Assembly (NCBI RefSeq): GCF_009914755.1
Contig: NC_060932.1
Length of the DNA: 64,000 nucleotides
Direction: 5' to 3' (one strand)
From: the human T2T-CHM13v2.0 reference genome, Homo sapiens
Part shown: one piece after another, positions 1 to 15,664 of the stretch
Layout of the letters: every line of letters begins with the position of its first letter
How positions within the stretch are numbered: the stretch's first letter is position 1
Notes under the pieces: generated by a model
What the model saw: the letters and a program-made list of their open reading frames with translations, nothing else
Databases searched by the model: none
Told to the model about the DNA's origin: nothing
Made by a program: the position numbers and the translations under genes

Positions 1-42
1 AGACCATACACCTGAGAGATCAGGTACTATGTTGCCTTTAAA

Positions 43-62
43 AACAACAACAACAACAACAA
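43..62 (+). repeat. (CAA)n microsatellite
   Basis: aacaacaacaacaacaacaa read directly. Confidence 0.9.
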
Positions 63-288
63 AAACCTTTATATTTTTCCTCTTTTTATGGTGAAATATG
101 GCATATTTTATTATTTGGAGAAAGACAGAAAACATGGTTTTTTTCTCCCACAGGCCACAAAATACCATCTTCCTCTTACAGGGAATGAGACTTTTGTATA
201 AAGAGGCACAATTTCCTGTCCCACTAGGAGAAAATTATTCTCTTGTCTGAGTCTCAACAGAAGCTTGTGTTAGTTGCTGTTATAAATT

Positions 289-847
289 AAACTACTACTC
301 AACCCAGCAGTCCCATTACTGGGTATATATCCAAAGGAATATAACTGTTCTACCATAAAAACACACGCATGCTTATGTTCATTGCAGCACTGTTCACAAT
401 CTAAAAGACATGAAATCAACCTAAATGCCCATCAACAGTAAACAGGATAAAGAAAATGTGGTACATATATACCATGGAATACTATGCAGCCATAAAAAGA
501 ACAAATTTATGTCCTTTACAGGTACATGGATGGAGCTGGAGGCCATTATCCTTAGCAAACTAATGCAGGAACAGAAAACCAAATACTGCATGTTCTCACT
601 TACAAATGGGAGCTAAATGACGAGAATACATGGACACATAGAGGCAAACAAGAGACACTGGGGCCTACTTGAGGGTGGAGGGTGGGAGGAGGGAGAGGAT
701 CAGAAAAAATAACTGTTGGGTACTAGGCTTAGTACCTGGATGATGAAGTGGTCTGTACAACAAACCCCCATGGCACAAGTTTACCTATATAACAAACCTG
801 CACATGTACCCATGAACCTAAAATAAAAGTTTAAATAAATAAATAAA
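289..847 (+). mobile_element. L1 3' end (old L1PA/L1PB class), 5'-truncated
   Basis: ORF2 C-terminal remnant (TWMELEAIILSKLMQEQKTKY), G-rich 3'UTR gagggtggagggtgggaggaggg, A-rich tail. Confidence 0.93.
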
Positions 848-2244
848 CTTGGTCTCCAGTGTTAAATATGATATGTCATCATCCTCATTTCCTTCATCCA
901 GCTATTTTATATTCCTCCCATCTGCTCTGTCCTAATATTTATATTCTGTAGGCCTTATCGTGCATCTCTTATTCCTTCTAAATATGTTTTACTCTGCCTG
1001 GTTCCTCCACTCTTTTGGCTCTTGTTTTCCTACTTCCTTTAATGTAACAGTAACACAGTGAGCACTTAATAGCAGTCTAGAATAAACTCTGTGTTCCTGC
1101 TTTAATCTATATCTGGTCTTTATCTCTCACCTTTATCTTTACCTCTGTCACTGTGTGGACTTACACTGAAAACAGAACTATACCATGCCCCCATCTCCAT
1201 GCTGAGTAGCTGGTTTATAAATCAGGAGAGACAATGCTCTTTAGATATTCTTAAATTTGTTATAATTCTTTCCTGTTATCCAGCTCCTCAACCTCCCTTC
1301 CCAGCTCTGTCTACCACTTTGTATCACTTAAGCCACGTTTTATCTACGTCTTCTCTGTCACTAACCTTTAGTCCCTTGAAACAGGCACAACCAAACAGGA
1401 CTGACATTTTGCAAGTCCCTTGAGATTTTGCCTAATCCTTCACAGCAACCTACAAAGTCAATCTGGGGCTGGTGGAAATTCTCCTCTTTCAGCTTTTTCC
1501 TTCTTTTGGAATTTGGGGGTGTTTTCACAGAGTGATTTACCAAGAAAACATTCTAAATCCTCAAGGATCACTTATCCCTTACCTCGTGGTTGTTTGCTCG
1601 AGACCAAGCACAACTGGACATTTTTGAACTTACGTCTTTCTCCCTACCCTCTTTGTTCTCCTTCTCCCCCTTCATAAAATCTGACTTCAGTTTGGCCTTC
1701 AAGTGAGATTGACTTTTAGCCCCTTCCATTTGGCAAATCCTTCAACAAAAAAACAGAAGTGTCATTTTTACGGGGTGACAAAGCATTAAGAAGATCGCTT
1801 TTTCAGCCTTGCTGTGCTTCATTATAGGTAAGTCCTCATGTGGCACCTTTTACAAGAGGAAGTATTGTCATGCTAACAAAATGGTTTCAGATAGTATGAA
1901 ATCAGTGGTGAGAAGAATGGCTATAAGGAATGGGCTCTACAATTACTGTCACTCTCACCAAAAGAGAACGCAAGGAATGCATATTTCATCTCATGGCGAC
2001 CTGAGGATCGTCCTCAATTCCATATGTAATACTTTCTAAATAATGGTGACCTTTTTCACGTCCCCTTCCTGTATATACAAAGTACTATGTGGATAATGCA
2101 GCTTGAGTGAGCTTATGAGCTAATGCAGGGATTTTTATTATTAACAATAATAATAGTGAACAACAGTTTATTCATGTAAGATCAAGCAACTAGTAAGTGG
2201 TAGAACCAGGACTGGGTCATAGGGTAGGTACATGTGTACCACTT

Positions 2245-3770
<1,526 letters not shown>

Positions 3771-3784
3771 GCTTTCTCTACTAT

Positions 3785-4030
3785 GCTGACATCCATCTGA
3801 GGTCTCTTCTCAACAGAATTGCCTTTAATGTCCACATTTCTACCAAGCTTCTCTTCAAGGAAATCTATATTTTTTCTATTACTCACCTTAAAATTCTTGT
3901 AGCCTCTATCCATTTCCCAATTCCGAAGCCATTTCTACATCTTTAGGTGCTTGTTAGAGGAGTACCCCACTTTCTCGCATCAAAGTCTGTATCAGTCAGT
4001 GTTTGACAGAGAACAGAACCAATAGGAGAT
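3785..4030 (-). mobile_element. ERVL/MaLR fragment: MLT-type internal start joined to an MLT2-like LTR 3' end
   Basis: Minus strand reads aagtggggtactcctctaacaagcacctaaagatgtagaaatggc (MLT-int-like); plus strand continues tgtatcagtcag...gaacagaaccaatagga. Confidence 0.65.
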
Positions 4031-4112
4031 GGATAAATAGGTAGGTAGGCAGATTAGTAGGTAGATAGATAGATAGGTAGATAGATACATAGATAGATAA
4101 TCTATAGATATC
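4027..4112 (+). repeat. (GATA)/(GGTA)n microsatellite
   Basis: taggtaggtagg...tagatagatagatag. Confidence 0.9.
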
Positions 4113-4129
4113 TAATGCCTGGAAAGCTA

Positions 4130-4222
4130 ATTTTTCTATATATTTTCTCTATTATTTTAGTTGTTTCAGATAGAAGGACAAATTGGATCCCTGTTACTCT
4201 ATCTTGACCAGAGTGAAAATCT
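4130..4222 (-). mobile_element. L1MC/ME 3' fragment
   Basis: ccctgttactctatcttgaccaga resembles old L1M 3'UTR. Confidence 0.55.
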
Positions 4223-4227
4223 GATTA

Positions 4228-4362
4228 ACTTTTAATCCTCAGTCTCCTCATTTGTAAAACGAAAATAATAATAAAATCTATTTCATGAGGTTATTGGGAT
4301 GTTAGTTTTGTTAATATGTATAAAAACTTGGTGCCTTGTACATAATAAATACTCAATAAATG
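4228..4362 (+). mobile_element. MIR
   Basis: cctcagtctcctcatttgtaaaa core and tail tactcaataaatg. Confidence 0.85.
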
Positions 4363-5274
4363 TATTTAAATTTTGAACAACATATTTGACATATTGTGAT
4401 TTCCAAGTATCTATACTCTTTTATGTTTGTTAATGTTATATATGGAGGCAATCTGACTTAACATCAAAAAAAAAAAAAAAGACCATTCATAAGATGTAGT
4501 CAGTACCAGTAAATGAGAGCACATTTTCCTCTAATTGGGTGTGTGGATATTGGTTTTCACCCTACTTGGAGTTTCTGACTATTTGTCCTAGTGACCATCA
4601 CTATATTCATTTATAATATTATTAAAATCAATGGATGAGTCATTGGTTACCATGTGTATTCCGGTTCTGAAACACACTCTCCTCTTCCCCAGCCAGCACT
4701 CACCTCAGTGATACCCAGTCTATTGCAGGTTTTTTATGCATTTTCTAAATTACATGAAAGCAAGTTGACATTCTTTCTTTGTCTTAGTCTTCCATACCAT
4801 TATTTTGGCATGTTTAAAGTATCATCCATCTGATTATGTTTGGAAATAAAAGCATGAATTTGTTAAAGACATGTACCTTCCAAACTGCACACTTATTGTG
4901 TTTTCACTTTCTTATCATTGTCCCTTCATTAGAGAAAAAAATCTATTCTGTGAAGTATTTGGTTTTTTATGCAGTCTGCTCTGCTCTAATATACACGAAC
5001 GCCTGATTCTGCAATGAGAATTAGTTGGTATGTGATTGTTGAGCAGGGAAATAGTACTATTTCACAGAATTTCCTTTAGTTTATATATGGATTTTTCTTG
5101 GCTGAAGAAGCCAGATTACTGGAGTAAAATTATAATCTCCAGCAAAAATAAAAAAGAAAAGTCCACAGCTCAGCCCCTCCTCTAAAGAGTTGTACAGCGC
5201 AGCCTTCCACGGCTCATAGCTTACAGCAGGTCTCCCTTCCCTGCCACCACCCTCACAGCAACCCCACTGGCTGA

Positions 5275-5667
<393 letters not shown>

Positions 5668-6351
5668 TAGAACATCCATTGTGGTAGCCTCCTGCCATGC
5701 TGAACAGTTGGCCTGGGTGGTGCAAGTTATCTCCCAATTATTGGGAGGTATCAATTATCATTTTTGTTTGGACTTTACAAAGTTTTATAGGTTCTAAGTG
5801 ATATATCCTTTCTGCAGTTTTTCTCATAAGTTCTGTTTATACAGTATGTGATTTTGCAGAATATGAGTTTTTTGAGATTATATATATTGCAATATCATAG
5901 AAACCTTTTTGTTTGATAATCTTTGCTTAAAATAACCTCATTTATTTCGTACGAATGTACAAAAATAAAACAATGTAGTACTTATTGGCTGTTTTTGTGG
6001 ACTGAGGTAGAGATGTCAAGAAGTTCAAGCCAAAAAAACTGAAAATAGTTAACAGAAACAGGCAAATCTCATATATCTTGCCCTGATTATTTTTTCATTA
6101 GAGTCCCTCCTATTGAGGAAGGTTCATTAGCATGTGATGAAACACATTGAGGGGGATTAATTAGGAAATATAAAAGAGTCTCAAACTTCTGATATAAGGT
6201 AAAACACGTTAATTTTATGTGTCTTTAAAAATGTAATTAGAACCTTCTGTTTGTCTTTTCTGAGACACGTATTTAAAATTTCCCTCGACTCAACTGATAA
6301 TCTGTGATTTTGATTTTCATCCCAAAGTGACTTTTAAAAAAGTTTTGGGGT

Positions 6352-6652
6352 TAGGGGGATGTGGTGGCTCACGCCTGTAATCCTAGGACTTTGGGAGGCC
6401 AAGGCGGGGCAGAGGGCGGCAGATCACCTGAGGTCAGGAGTTCGAGGCCAGCGTGGCCAATATTACAAAACCCCTTCTCTACTAAAAATACAAAAACTAG
6501 CCAGGTGCGGTGGCAAGTGCCTGTAATCCCAGCTACTTGGGAGGCTGAGGTAGGAGAATCACTTGAACCCCAGGGCAAAGGTATTAGTCAGCAGAGATTG
6601 CTCCACTGCACTCCAGCCTGTGCAACAGAGAGAGACTTTGTCTCAAAAGAAA
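6352..6652 (+). mobile_element. AluS
   Basis: Full dimer; TSD aaaagttttggg on both sides. Confidence 0.95.
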
Positions 6653-7163
6653 AGTTTTGGGTGAAAAGTAGAAAAAAAGTCATAACTTTGTGTAGAGACT
6701 TTTCCCTCCTGTAATTCTTTTTATTATCAAATATCAGGTATTATAGGGTATAAGCCAGTGTTCTTTTTTATGATTTCCAGAAGTGTTAAATTTTCCATGT
6801 CTTCTGCATTTGAAAGTAATAGGTTTGGAAAGAGAAAAGCTGTTCATTCTTCAAGTACATGTAAGTTTAAGTACCTTGCAGACTTTGTTTTGCAGGAAGC
6901 TTCCTTGCCTTCTCCCCATATCACCTCTCTGCACCTCTTCACACCCATGAGGGTCTTTATAGCAGTGCAGTCCATAAATTGTTTTGAGGTACCAATACCA
7001 GTTTCTTGGATATTTTCTTACTTAGGAACATAAATACTTAGGCTGCCATTGCGTTAATAAGGAAATGCTGGATAGTCAGAATCCTACATTAACCCGAGCC
7101 TAAAATCTGTAGTATCGCTTCAAATATCTATGTAGAAAGCATAGTTTATTAAACTAAACATCT

Positions 7164-7331
7164 CCTGTAATCCCAGCACTTTGGGAGGCCAATGTGGGTG
7201 AATCACTTGAGGTCAGGAGTTTGAGACCAGCCTGGCCAACGTGGCAAACTCTGTCTCTACCAAAAATACAAAAATTAGCCAGGTGTGGTGGTGCAACCCT
7301 ATAGTCTGAGCTACTTGGGAGGCTGATCACT
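7164..7331 (+). mobile_element. Alu fragment truncated at both ends, abutting an L1
   Basis: cctgtaatcccagcactttgggagg...gctacttgggaggctga, no tail. Confidence 0.92.
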
Positions 7332-7344
7332 TAATTTAAAACTT

Positions 7345-8285
7345 AAAAGACCTAATATCCAGAATCTATAAGGCACTTAAACAGATTCACAAGCAACAAA
7401 CAAACCCATTACAAACTGGGCAAACGACACGAACAGACACTTTTCAAGAGAAGATATACACATGGCCAATAAGCATATGGAAAATTACCCAATATCACTG
7501 ATCATCAGAGAGATGCAAATCAAATCCACAATGAGATACCATTTCACGCCAGTCAGAATGGTTATTATTAAAAGGTCAAAAAATAACAGATGCTGACAGA
7601 GTAAAGGGAACGCTCATACACTGCTGGTGGGACTGTAAATCAGTTCAGCCGTTCTGGAAAGCAGCATGGCGATTCCTCAAAGAACTTAAAATAGAATTAT
7701 CATCCAATCCAGCAATCCCATTACTGGGTATGTACACAAAGGAATACAAATTGTTCTATCATGAAGACACCTGTACACATATGTTCATCATAGATAGCAC
7801 TGTCCGCAATAGCAAAGATATGGAATCAGCCTAAATGCCCATCAACAGTAGATTGAATAAAGAAAATGTGGTACATATACACCATGGAATACTATGCAGC
7901 CATAAAAATGAATGGGATCATGTCCTTTGCAGGAACATGGATGGAGCTGGAGGCCATTATCCTAAGCGGACTAACACAGGAACAGAAGAGTAAATACTGC
8001 ATATTCTCACTCATAAGTGGGAACTAAACAATGAGAACCTATGGATACATGGAGGGGAACGACAGACACTGGGGCCTACTTGAGGGTGGAGGGTGGGAGG
8101 AGGGAGAAGATCAGAAAATATACCTATAGGGTACTATGCTTATTACCTGGGCGATGAAATAACCTGTACACCAAAGCCCCATGACACGCAGCTTACCAAT
8201 ATAACAAACCAGCACATGTACCCCTGAACCTAAAATACAAGTTAAAAAATAAATACATAAAAATTTAAAAATAAAAAATAAAACT
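7345..8285 (+). mobile_element. L1 3' ~0.9 kb (old L1PA/L1PB class)
   Basis: ORF2 3' sequence (ctaatatccagaatctataagg...), 3'UTR and A-rich tail. Confidence 0.95.
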
Positions 8286-8334
8286 GCAAACGTGCCCTGC
8301 TTTCTGGCAGTACCCCATTCCCTGTTCCTTAGTT

Positions 8335-8490
8335 TTCTCTCTGGCACTTACCATTTATCTATTTTATTCATTGTCTGTCTCCCTTCACTAGAGGTTCATG
8401 AGGGCAAGGATTTTCATGTTTTGTCCACTGCTATGTCCCTAACACTTAAAAAAAGGCTTTGCATTCTATAGTCATTCGATGAAATAGGCT
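8335..8490 (+). mobile_element. L2 3' fragment
   Basis: ttgtctgtctccc...catgagggcaaggatttt...gtccactgctatgtccctaacac. Confidence 0.75.
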
Positions 8491-8499
8491 GAATTTAGC

Positions 8500-8832
8500 T
8501 AAAAGGGAGATCATGTCCTTTGAAGAAACATGGATGGAGCTGGAGGCCATTATCCTTAGCAAATGAACACAGGAACAGAAAACAAAATACCACATGCCCT
8601 CACTTATCAGTGGGAGCTAAACAAAGAAAACACATGGACACAAAGAGAAGAACAACAGACACTGGGGTCTACTGAGGGCAGAAGGTGGGAGGAGGGAGAA
8701 GATCAGAAAAACTACCTATCAGGTACTATGCTTCATACCTGGGTTACAAAATAATCTGTACGTCAAATGCCTGTGACACAAGGGTACCTGTATAACAAAC
8801 CTGCATATGTACCCCTGAACCTAAAATAAAAG
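8500..8832 (+). mobile_element. L1 3' end, short 5'-truncated copy
   Basis: catggatggagctggaggccattatccttagcaaa...gtacccctgaacctaaaataaaag. Confidence 0.93.
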
Positions 8833-8833
8833 T

Positions 8834-9153
8834 TGTTTGTTTGGTTTTTTTGTTTGTTTGTTTGTTTTGAGACAGAGTCTTGTTCTTGTTGCCCAGGCTG
8901 GAGTGCAGTGGCGCGATCTTGGTTCACTGCAACCTCTGCCTCCTTGGTTCAAGCAATTCTCCCTGCCTCAGTCACCCGAGTACCTGGGACAACAGGCGCC
9001 TACCACAACGCCAGGCTAATTTTTGTATTTTTTAGTACAGATGGGGTTTTGCCATGTTGGCCAGGCTTGTCTCGAACTCCTAACCTGAGGTGATCTGCCC
9101 ACCTCGGCCTCCCGAAGTGCTGGGATTACAGTTGTGAGCCACCACGCCTGGCC
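8834..9153 (-). mobile_element. AluS inserted into the L1 tail
   Basis: (GTTT)n tail, full dimer; taaaagtt on both sides. Confidence 0.95.
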
Positions 9154-9285
9154 TAAAAGTTTTTTTAAAAAGAGAAAACACTTTCCTTACCCTTTGTAGC
9201 TCATTGTCTATCTAACACACCCTGTCACTCTCATCAGCCTTGAACTTCTTACAAAGCCATTCAATAAAATGAAAGGAAATAGGTG

Positions 9286-9859
9286 CAGTGGGCCCCCTCT
9301 GATTCGTGGCTTTGATTTCTTTGGTTTCATTTATCCACAGTCTAAAAATATTAAATGGAAAATTTAAAAAAAAAACAATTCATAAGTGTTAAATTGCATG
9401 CCATTCTGAGTAGCGTGATGAAATCTTGCCCTGTCCCACTCTGTCCCATGCGGGACATGAATTCTTCCCCTTTGTCCAGCAGATCCACACTGTCTATGCC
9501 TCCGACCTGTTAGTCACTCAGTAGCCCTCTCAGTTATTAGATCGACCATGGCAGTATGGGGGTGCTTGTGTTGAAGTCACCCTTATTTTACTTCCTAATG
9601 GCCTCAAAGCACAGGAGTAGCAATGCTGGAGATTTGGAGCTGCCAAAGAGAAGCCCTAAAGTGCTTCCTTTGAGTGAAAAGTCTTAATAAGGAAAGAAAA
9701 ACATTGAATGCTGAAGTTGTTAGATCTTCTATCTGTTGAACTGTGAAGAAGAAAAAAGATATTTGTGCATAGTATATAAAGGGTTTCGTACTACCCACGG
9801 TTTCAGGCATCCACTGGGTGTCATGGAATGTATCCCCTGAGGATAAGGGGGGATTACTC
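9286..9859. mobile_element. MER44 (Tigger7-derived MITE)
   Basis: Degenerate TIRs cagtgggccccctctgattcgtgg / cctgaggataaggggggattactct; internal aaattgcatgccattctgagtagcgtgatgaaatct. Confidence 0.85.
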
Positions 9860-9893
9860 TATGTATTTTCGTATCCTTACATCACTTACATTA

Positions 9894-10268
<375 letters not shown>

Positions 10269-10286
10269 AAGAAATGAGCAAGCACT

Positions 10287-10430
10287 GAACACCTACTGTG
10301 TGCAAGGCACTTGATAGCCTTCCTGTTATTTCTTCCTCACTACAATCCCATGAAGTAGTTCTTATCCCCATTTTACAAGATACAAAAATTGACTCTCAAA
10401 AAGCTTAAGAAATTTGCTTCTAGTTGCACA
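10287..10430 (-). mobile_element. MIR
   Basis: acctactgtgtgcaaggcact...ttatccccattttacaaga. Confidence 0.8.
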
Positions 10431-10769
10431 GTCTTATAGATTTTCACTTTTATAAGATAAAAGAGCTTATTCAAATCCAAGTCTGTTTGAACCTGACAAG
10501 GAAAGCCTTCTCTAAATAGAGTATCTGAATCCCTCCCTGCTCGAAAGTCTCCTTTATACGCTCATGTTTCAAAAATTTCACATTTTTTGAGATATAGATA
10601 GTACCCACCCACATCACCTCTGTTTTTATGGAAAATTTACACTTAAGTGGCAATTATTTTAATCAGATCGACATCCTAGAGAGTGAGAGTTCATTGAGGA
10701 AAGAAGGAAGGTACATTTTTGGATCATAATGAGGAGAGATCTTGATATTTTTGAAATTTGTTTTGTCTT

Positions 10770-10980
10770 CCCATGGTACAAAGTTTTAAAAGTACAAAAA
10801 TATGAACAGTAAATTCTCCCTTCTCTCCCATCCCTGTCTCTAGCCACCCACTCCTCTTCTGAGGCAAGAGCAGATTCTGTTGCCACCTTCCCAAGCAGGT
10901 AGTGCCTTTAAAAAACAAAAAACAAATGTTCACCTACTATATGCATTACCATGCACCTTACACTTTTCATTTAATAAATA
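10770..10980 (-). mobile_element. L1ME 3' fragment
   Basis: catggtacaaagttttaaaagtacaaaaa...tagccacccactcctcttctgaggcaa resembles L1ME4-type ends. Confidence 0.6.
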
Positions 10981-11299
10981 TACCCCAGCAATGGTGATAG
11001 CAGATCTTGGACCAGCAGTGGGGATAAAGAAGGTCCTGGTCACCTAGGTGCCTAAAGAGAAGCAGGTGAAGAGAGAAGACCCTGGAGAAATGTTTTCCTG
11101 TTTTGCACCTGCAGGTGCTTGACATGCCTCTGAAAATGATCTCAGTGCTGTGCAGTTCCACAGCTGCAGTGGTACCCACAATGCCAAAACTTGGGATGCA
11201 AAGGGGCGGGGGTAATGACAAAAATCAGGGAAGGAGGAACCATAGCAACCACCTGATCTGCACACTCATGTATTTTATATACCTCTCTTCAATGCCTAG

Positions 11300-11410
11300 T
11301 GTCCTTAGACAGTAAGCTCCCTGAAGACACAGGCTATGCCTACTTTATTCATCATCGTGTCTTCAGTGCCTAGCACCCTGCTTGGTATGCATTCGGTTCA
11401 TGAATATATG
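11300..11410 (+). mobile_element. L2 3' fragment
   Basis: tagacagtaagctccctgaagacacagg...cagtgcctagcac. Confidence 0.75.
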
Positions 11411-11525
11411 AGGGAACCTGCTGCTGCTGTTCAGCATTCACACCTCCATTTCAACCCCATCAGAACCTTCTTCATGCTTCCTCTTTTGTAGTGTCTCAGA
11501 AACTCATTCTGTTTTCTTCTTCATC

Positions 11526-11828
<303 letters not shown>

Positions 11829-13014
11829 TTCATCTTCATCTTAAAACTTCTTCCATGTTCGCTGTGGCTGGGGACATGATATTCCTCTTTCCCTCCCAGT
11901 TGCTCCTAAGGATGAGCAAAAAGCTCTTTTCATGTCAGGGGTTGTACCGCCAATCACTAAAAGGAACAGTTGAAATATCAAACATGGAGAAATTGCAGTG
12001 ATTACAAAGGAATGCAATGGGGCACCATACAGATCTGAATTTGCCAGTTTGCCATATCCAGGCTGTCCCTGTTGCCTCTGGTCCACCTTAAGCTAGGTGC
12101 AAACCCAGTTGGAGGAAAGAAAGGAAGTTATGTGTTCTCTCTTCAAGGAAGAAACCAGATACCAGCCTCAAACTCTTGTTCTTAGGTCACTTCTTTCCTT
12201 GGTCCATTTCACTCCTCACTCTCCATTCAATTAAAGGACTTGCAGATTAGGTTATTTGCAAGTATTTCTGTAATTTATTCTCCTACTCCCATTTGAAGCC
12301 ACCAAGCCTGTTTAATATTAAATAAGCAAATGCTTCAAGTACTATGGTGACTTCTTCTGTGCCTTTGCAACTAAAGCCTTCCAACAGCAGAGGGGAGAAA
12401 TTTATATCTGTTATATACATAGATGAGTAATTTGGGAATATAAAACAAATATCCTTCTTAGAAATATTTAAACACAGATGCTTGATTTTGTCTGATCTTT
12501 CTCTCTCTTTTTTTTCTCTCCAAACAACTGGTTACCCACACTTGTACAGTCATGTAGAGACAAAATGCTCATTTATAATTCCAGATACCCCATGTAATTA
12601 TTGCCTATGATAATCAGGTAATCTTTATGAAACTATTCCTATACAATTTTCAAATCTCAGTTTACAATCATGAGTATTTTACCATAATCTTCATAATGCC
12701 CTCTTGATTATATTTGCTTAATATCATTTTGAATTTAGTGATATTTAAGTTAACATTTTATATGTTTTCATTTCATTAGTAGGCTTTTAAAAATTTACTT
12801 TTTTGTGAGAATCTGATTTTTGTGAGACTCTGTGAACAAATATCCTCACTAATTCTTTCTAATGGTATAATGTGAATTTGTCATTGACAAGTGTTACAAA
12901 AAAGACGCATAGAAAATAAAATATTTTAGGTAATCCTAAGATAGCTCTTCCGCAGCCAGGGCAATTGGGCTATGTGTCTTTGGGTTGATTGTTAGCTCTG
13001 TCCTAAATCTCTGA

Positions 13015-13410
13015 ATTTGGAGAAGGAAACCCTGGATTTGAATTCCAGTTCCTCAACTTACTGGCTCCATGTTCATTCCTTCTTTGTCAAGCCCCCTAAC
13101 TTCCCTAAACTTCAGTGCCCTCATCTTAAATATAATGACATAATAGTGTCTCTCATAAGATTGGTAGAATTACATGGGATAATTCATCTTGCATGGTCAG
13201 GGGCACGGTCTCGGGAACCAGACTGTGTGGGTTTGAGCTGCTCAGTCTTGGACAAAAGATTAAATATATCTATGCCTTTGTTTTATCATCTATAAAATGG
13301 GAATAACCATAGTACCTTATTCAAAGGTTGTTGTGAAGATTAAAATAAATTAATCCTGTAAAAATGCTTAGGTTTCTGGCACATAGTAAGGGCTTAGTAA
13401 AAACTAGGTA
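13015..13410 (+). mobile_element. Two adjacent MIR copies
   Basis: cctggatttgaattccagttcc...cttcagtgccctcatc, then ttttatcatctataaaatgggaata...tggcacatagtaag. Confidence 0.8.
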
Positions 13411-13949
13411 TTTTTACCTGGTATGTGCAAGCACTGTATATATCCTGATATACTTTCTCATCTATAATTCTGTTTCTGTGCACTAGTTTATATATTTATT
13501 TAATGGAATTATTTTCTACAGATTTAGTCAGATTTTAGAACACAAAGCAAGTGGATACTTAGTAGCCATAGGGGAATCTGATTTTGATGTCTCCTACCCA
13601 AAGTTTATTCATATTTAATATTATATATACATAAGTCTTATTCTTTCTCTTCGTCCTTTTTTTTTAAAGGCAAGATCTGCCTTCATCTTCGGTTTTCTTT
13701 AGTGCTTAGAAGATTGCCTTGCTAGTGATAAGTATTTGTGCTTAATAAGTATATCTTGACTGTGAAATTTGTCACCAGTTTTGAAAGGAACTCTGGCAGC
13801 AAATGAACAAACTTAAATCCTTGTGGCCAGGGATCAAAGGCAATCTCAAACCGAATTCTATAATAAAGAGAAGTTTGGAGAGAGAAAGGGAGTTTAGTGT
13901 AAACTCAACTTTTGAAATCCAAAGGTATCAGGCTATCATGGGAAGAGTG

Positions 13950-14140
13950 TGGGATTCAGCTTTAGCCCTGGGGTCACAAAGTCATGGGTATGCTCTTATA
14001 TAAGTAACTTAATCAGATCTCTGTTTCCTCATCTGTAATATTAATTCCCTTCTCCTATTTCATAGAAATGCTTAAAATTTTTAACAGAGGTAATATATGG
14101 GAAAATGCTTTGTAAGCTATAAAATTAGTGTACAAATATT
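13950..14140 (+). mobile_element. MIR
   Basis: aagtaacttaatc...tctgtttcctcatctgtaa...gaaaatgctttgtaagctataaa. Confidence 0.75.
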
Positions 14141-14188
14141 AGGGTCACTGATACTCTGTGACGCAATTCAATGATTTGGTAGAAGACT

Positions 14189-14211
14189 ATATATATATGT
14201 GTGTGTGTGTA

Positions 14212-14268
<57 letters not shown>
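14189..14268 (+). repeat. (TA)n/(TG)n microsatellite
   Basis: Long pure TA run after a short TG run. Confidence 0.97.
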
Positions 14269-14270
<2 letters not shown>

Positions 14271-15664
14271 CAACCATATATCTATTAGTAGCTCTCTCTA
14301 TATATGTTTTAAAGCCAGGCTGGTCTTAATCTTGTCTATTGAATTCATTTTGACAAGAACAGTGTAGGATCCATTAGTCCTTTACAATGAAGAACATATT
14401 AGGTGAGTCAATACTTAATTCCAAAATTTTACTTTAGAATAAGAGGGATGTCTAACATCAATTGATTGAAGGCTGGAGGAAAGAGCGTGGAGAGAAAGAA
14501 GTAACACACTGCTCTGTGTTTTTGTGCCTCTGTCTCCAGAATAAAAGTGGACATGCCCTTCTTCCTCCTTACCTCTCTCTCTCTGTATCCCTTTCAGTAC
14601 ATATGTCCAACACTGCCATACACAGCCTCGCTGAAAGTATCAGGCAAAGGGAGAAACAGTGAGCATTCCTACCTCCAGCCTTGACAACAACTATGAAGTG
14701 TGTTGCTCTAAGCTCTGATCATAAGGGAATTAGAAGCACTATGATTTTTTAAAATCAAAATATGCCTGTAGCTCCAAAAAAGAAGAATTTGACTATAGGG
14801 TCTCAGCTCACTGCTAGGAGAGGTGTAACTGATTAAACTCTGGTGCAGAATGTATCAGGATGGAAGGAATCTGAGAAGTCACCAAGTTCAAATCCTTACT
14901 TTCAGTCCACAGAGTCATCCTGCTGCATTTCCTTTTTATGCCTGCAAACAAAATGTTTCTGGAACTCATTTATTGTCAGTGAGTGCTCCCTGGGCTCTGA
15001 AGCCCAGAGATGTTCCTCCATAACTCATCAGAGGCTTGGGTCATTTCTGAGACAATAAGTTACTGCTAGGTCACTGAACATACTTGGGGTAGGCAGTGGG
15101 GAAGGGGATTCTGTGATAAGAAGGTGATCATGTGTTCTCTATTTATAGGAAAATGAATCATTCTCAGGGTGATGAGCATGTGTCATTAAACTGTTTTCCT
15201 GATCATGACCTTGCACCAAGCTGTTTGCCCTCTTTGCCCTGTTCCCTCAGGCTCAGTGGTCAGGGAGGGTGGGCCAGCTGGCCGAGATGTGCAGTCCAGT
15301 CCAGAGTTCAAGAACAGTTTGAACTGTGAGACTGAGAGCCAAGCTGACTAGGTCAGAGTGAGAAGCCATTCCTCAGCATATGGGAGCTGTTAGTTAGTGC
15401 CCTGAAGCTCTCTAGTTATTTGGGGAAGGAATGGGAGAAAGCACTTAGATCCCTGCTGGGCTCATTACCTTTAATTAGCTTGCTTGGTCTGGTGGCTAGT
15501 GCAGAGGGGGAAATCTCCAAAAACTGCAAAAAGATGTGTGCATGATGGTGGGGGAAGATACTTTAAGAAGGGAAGAAGACTCTGTTGAGCTTCCACAAAG
15601 AACAGGTTGTTCATACCTGAATGCACACAGGGAATGCACAAATTTTATAAACAAGAAGGCTGGG

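Noticed and set aside
425-616. 63-aa ORF (similarly 2260-2451 and 45808-46011)
   Set aside because: Decayed L1 ORF2 remnants, not genes.
1807-1827. 21-nt microexon candidate (ttttcag|...tag|gtaagt)
   Set aside because: Short pyrimidine tract with nearby upstream AGs, and no host gene identified.
5731-5747. ctcccaat-t-attgggag inverted repeat
   Set aside because: 8-bp arms are expected by chance in 64 kb.
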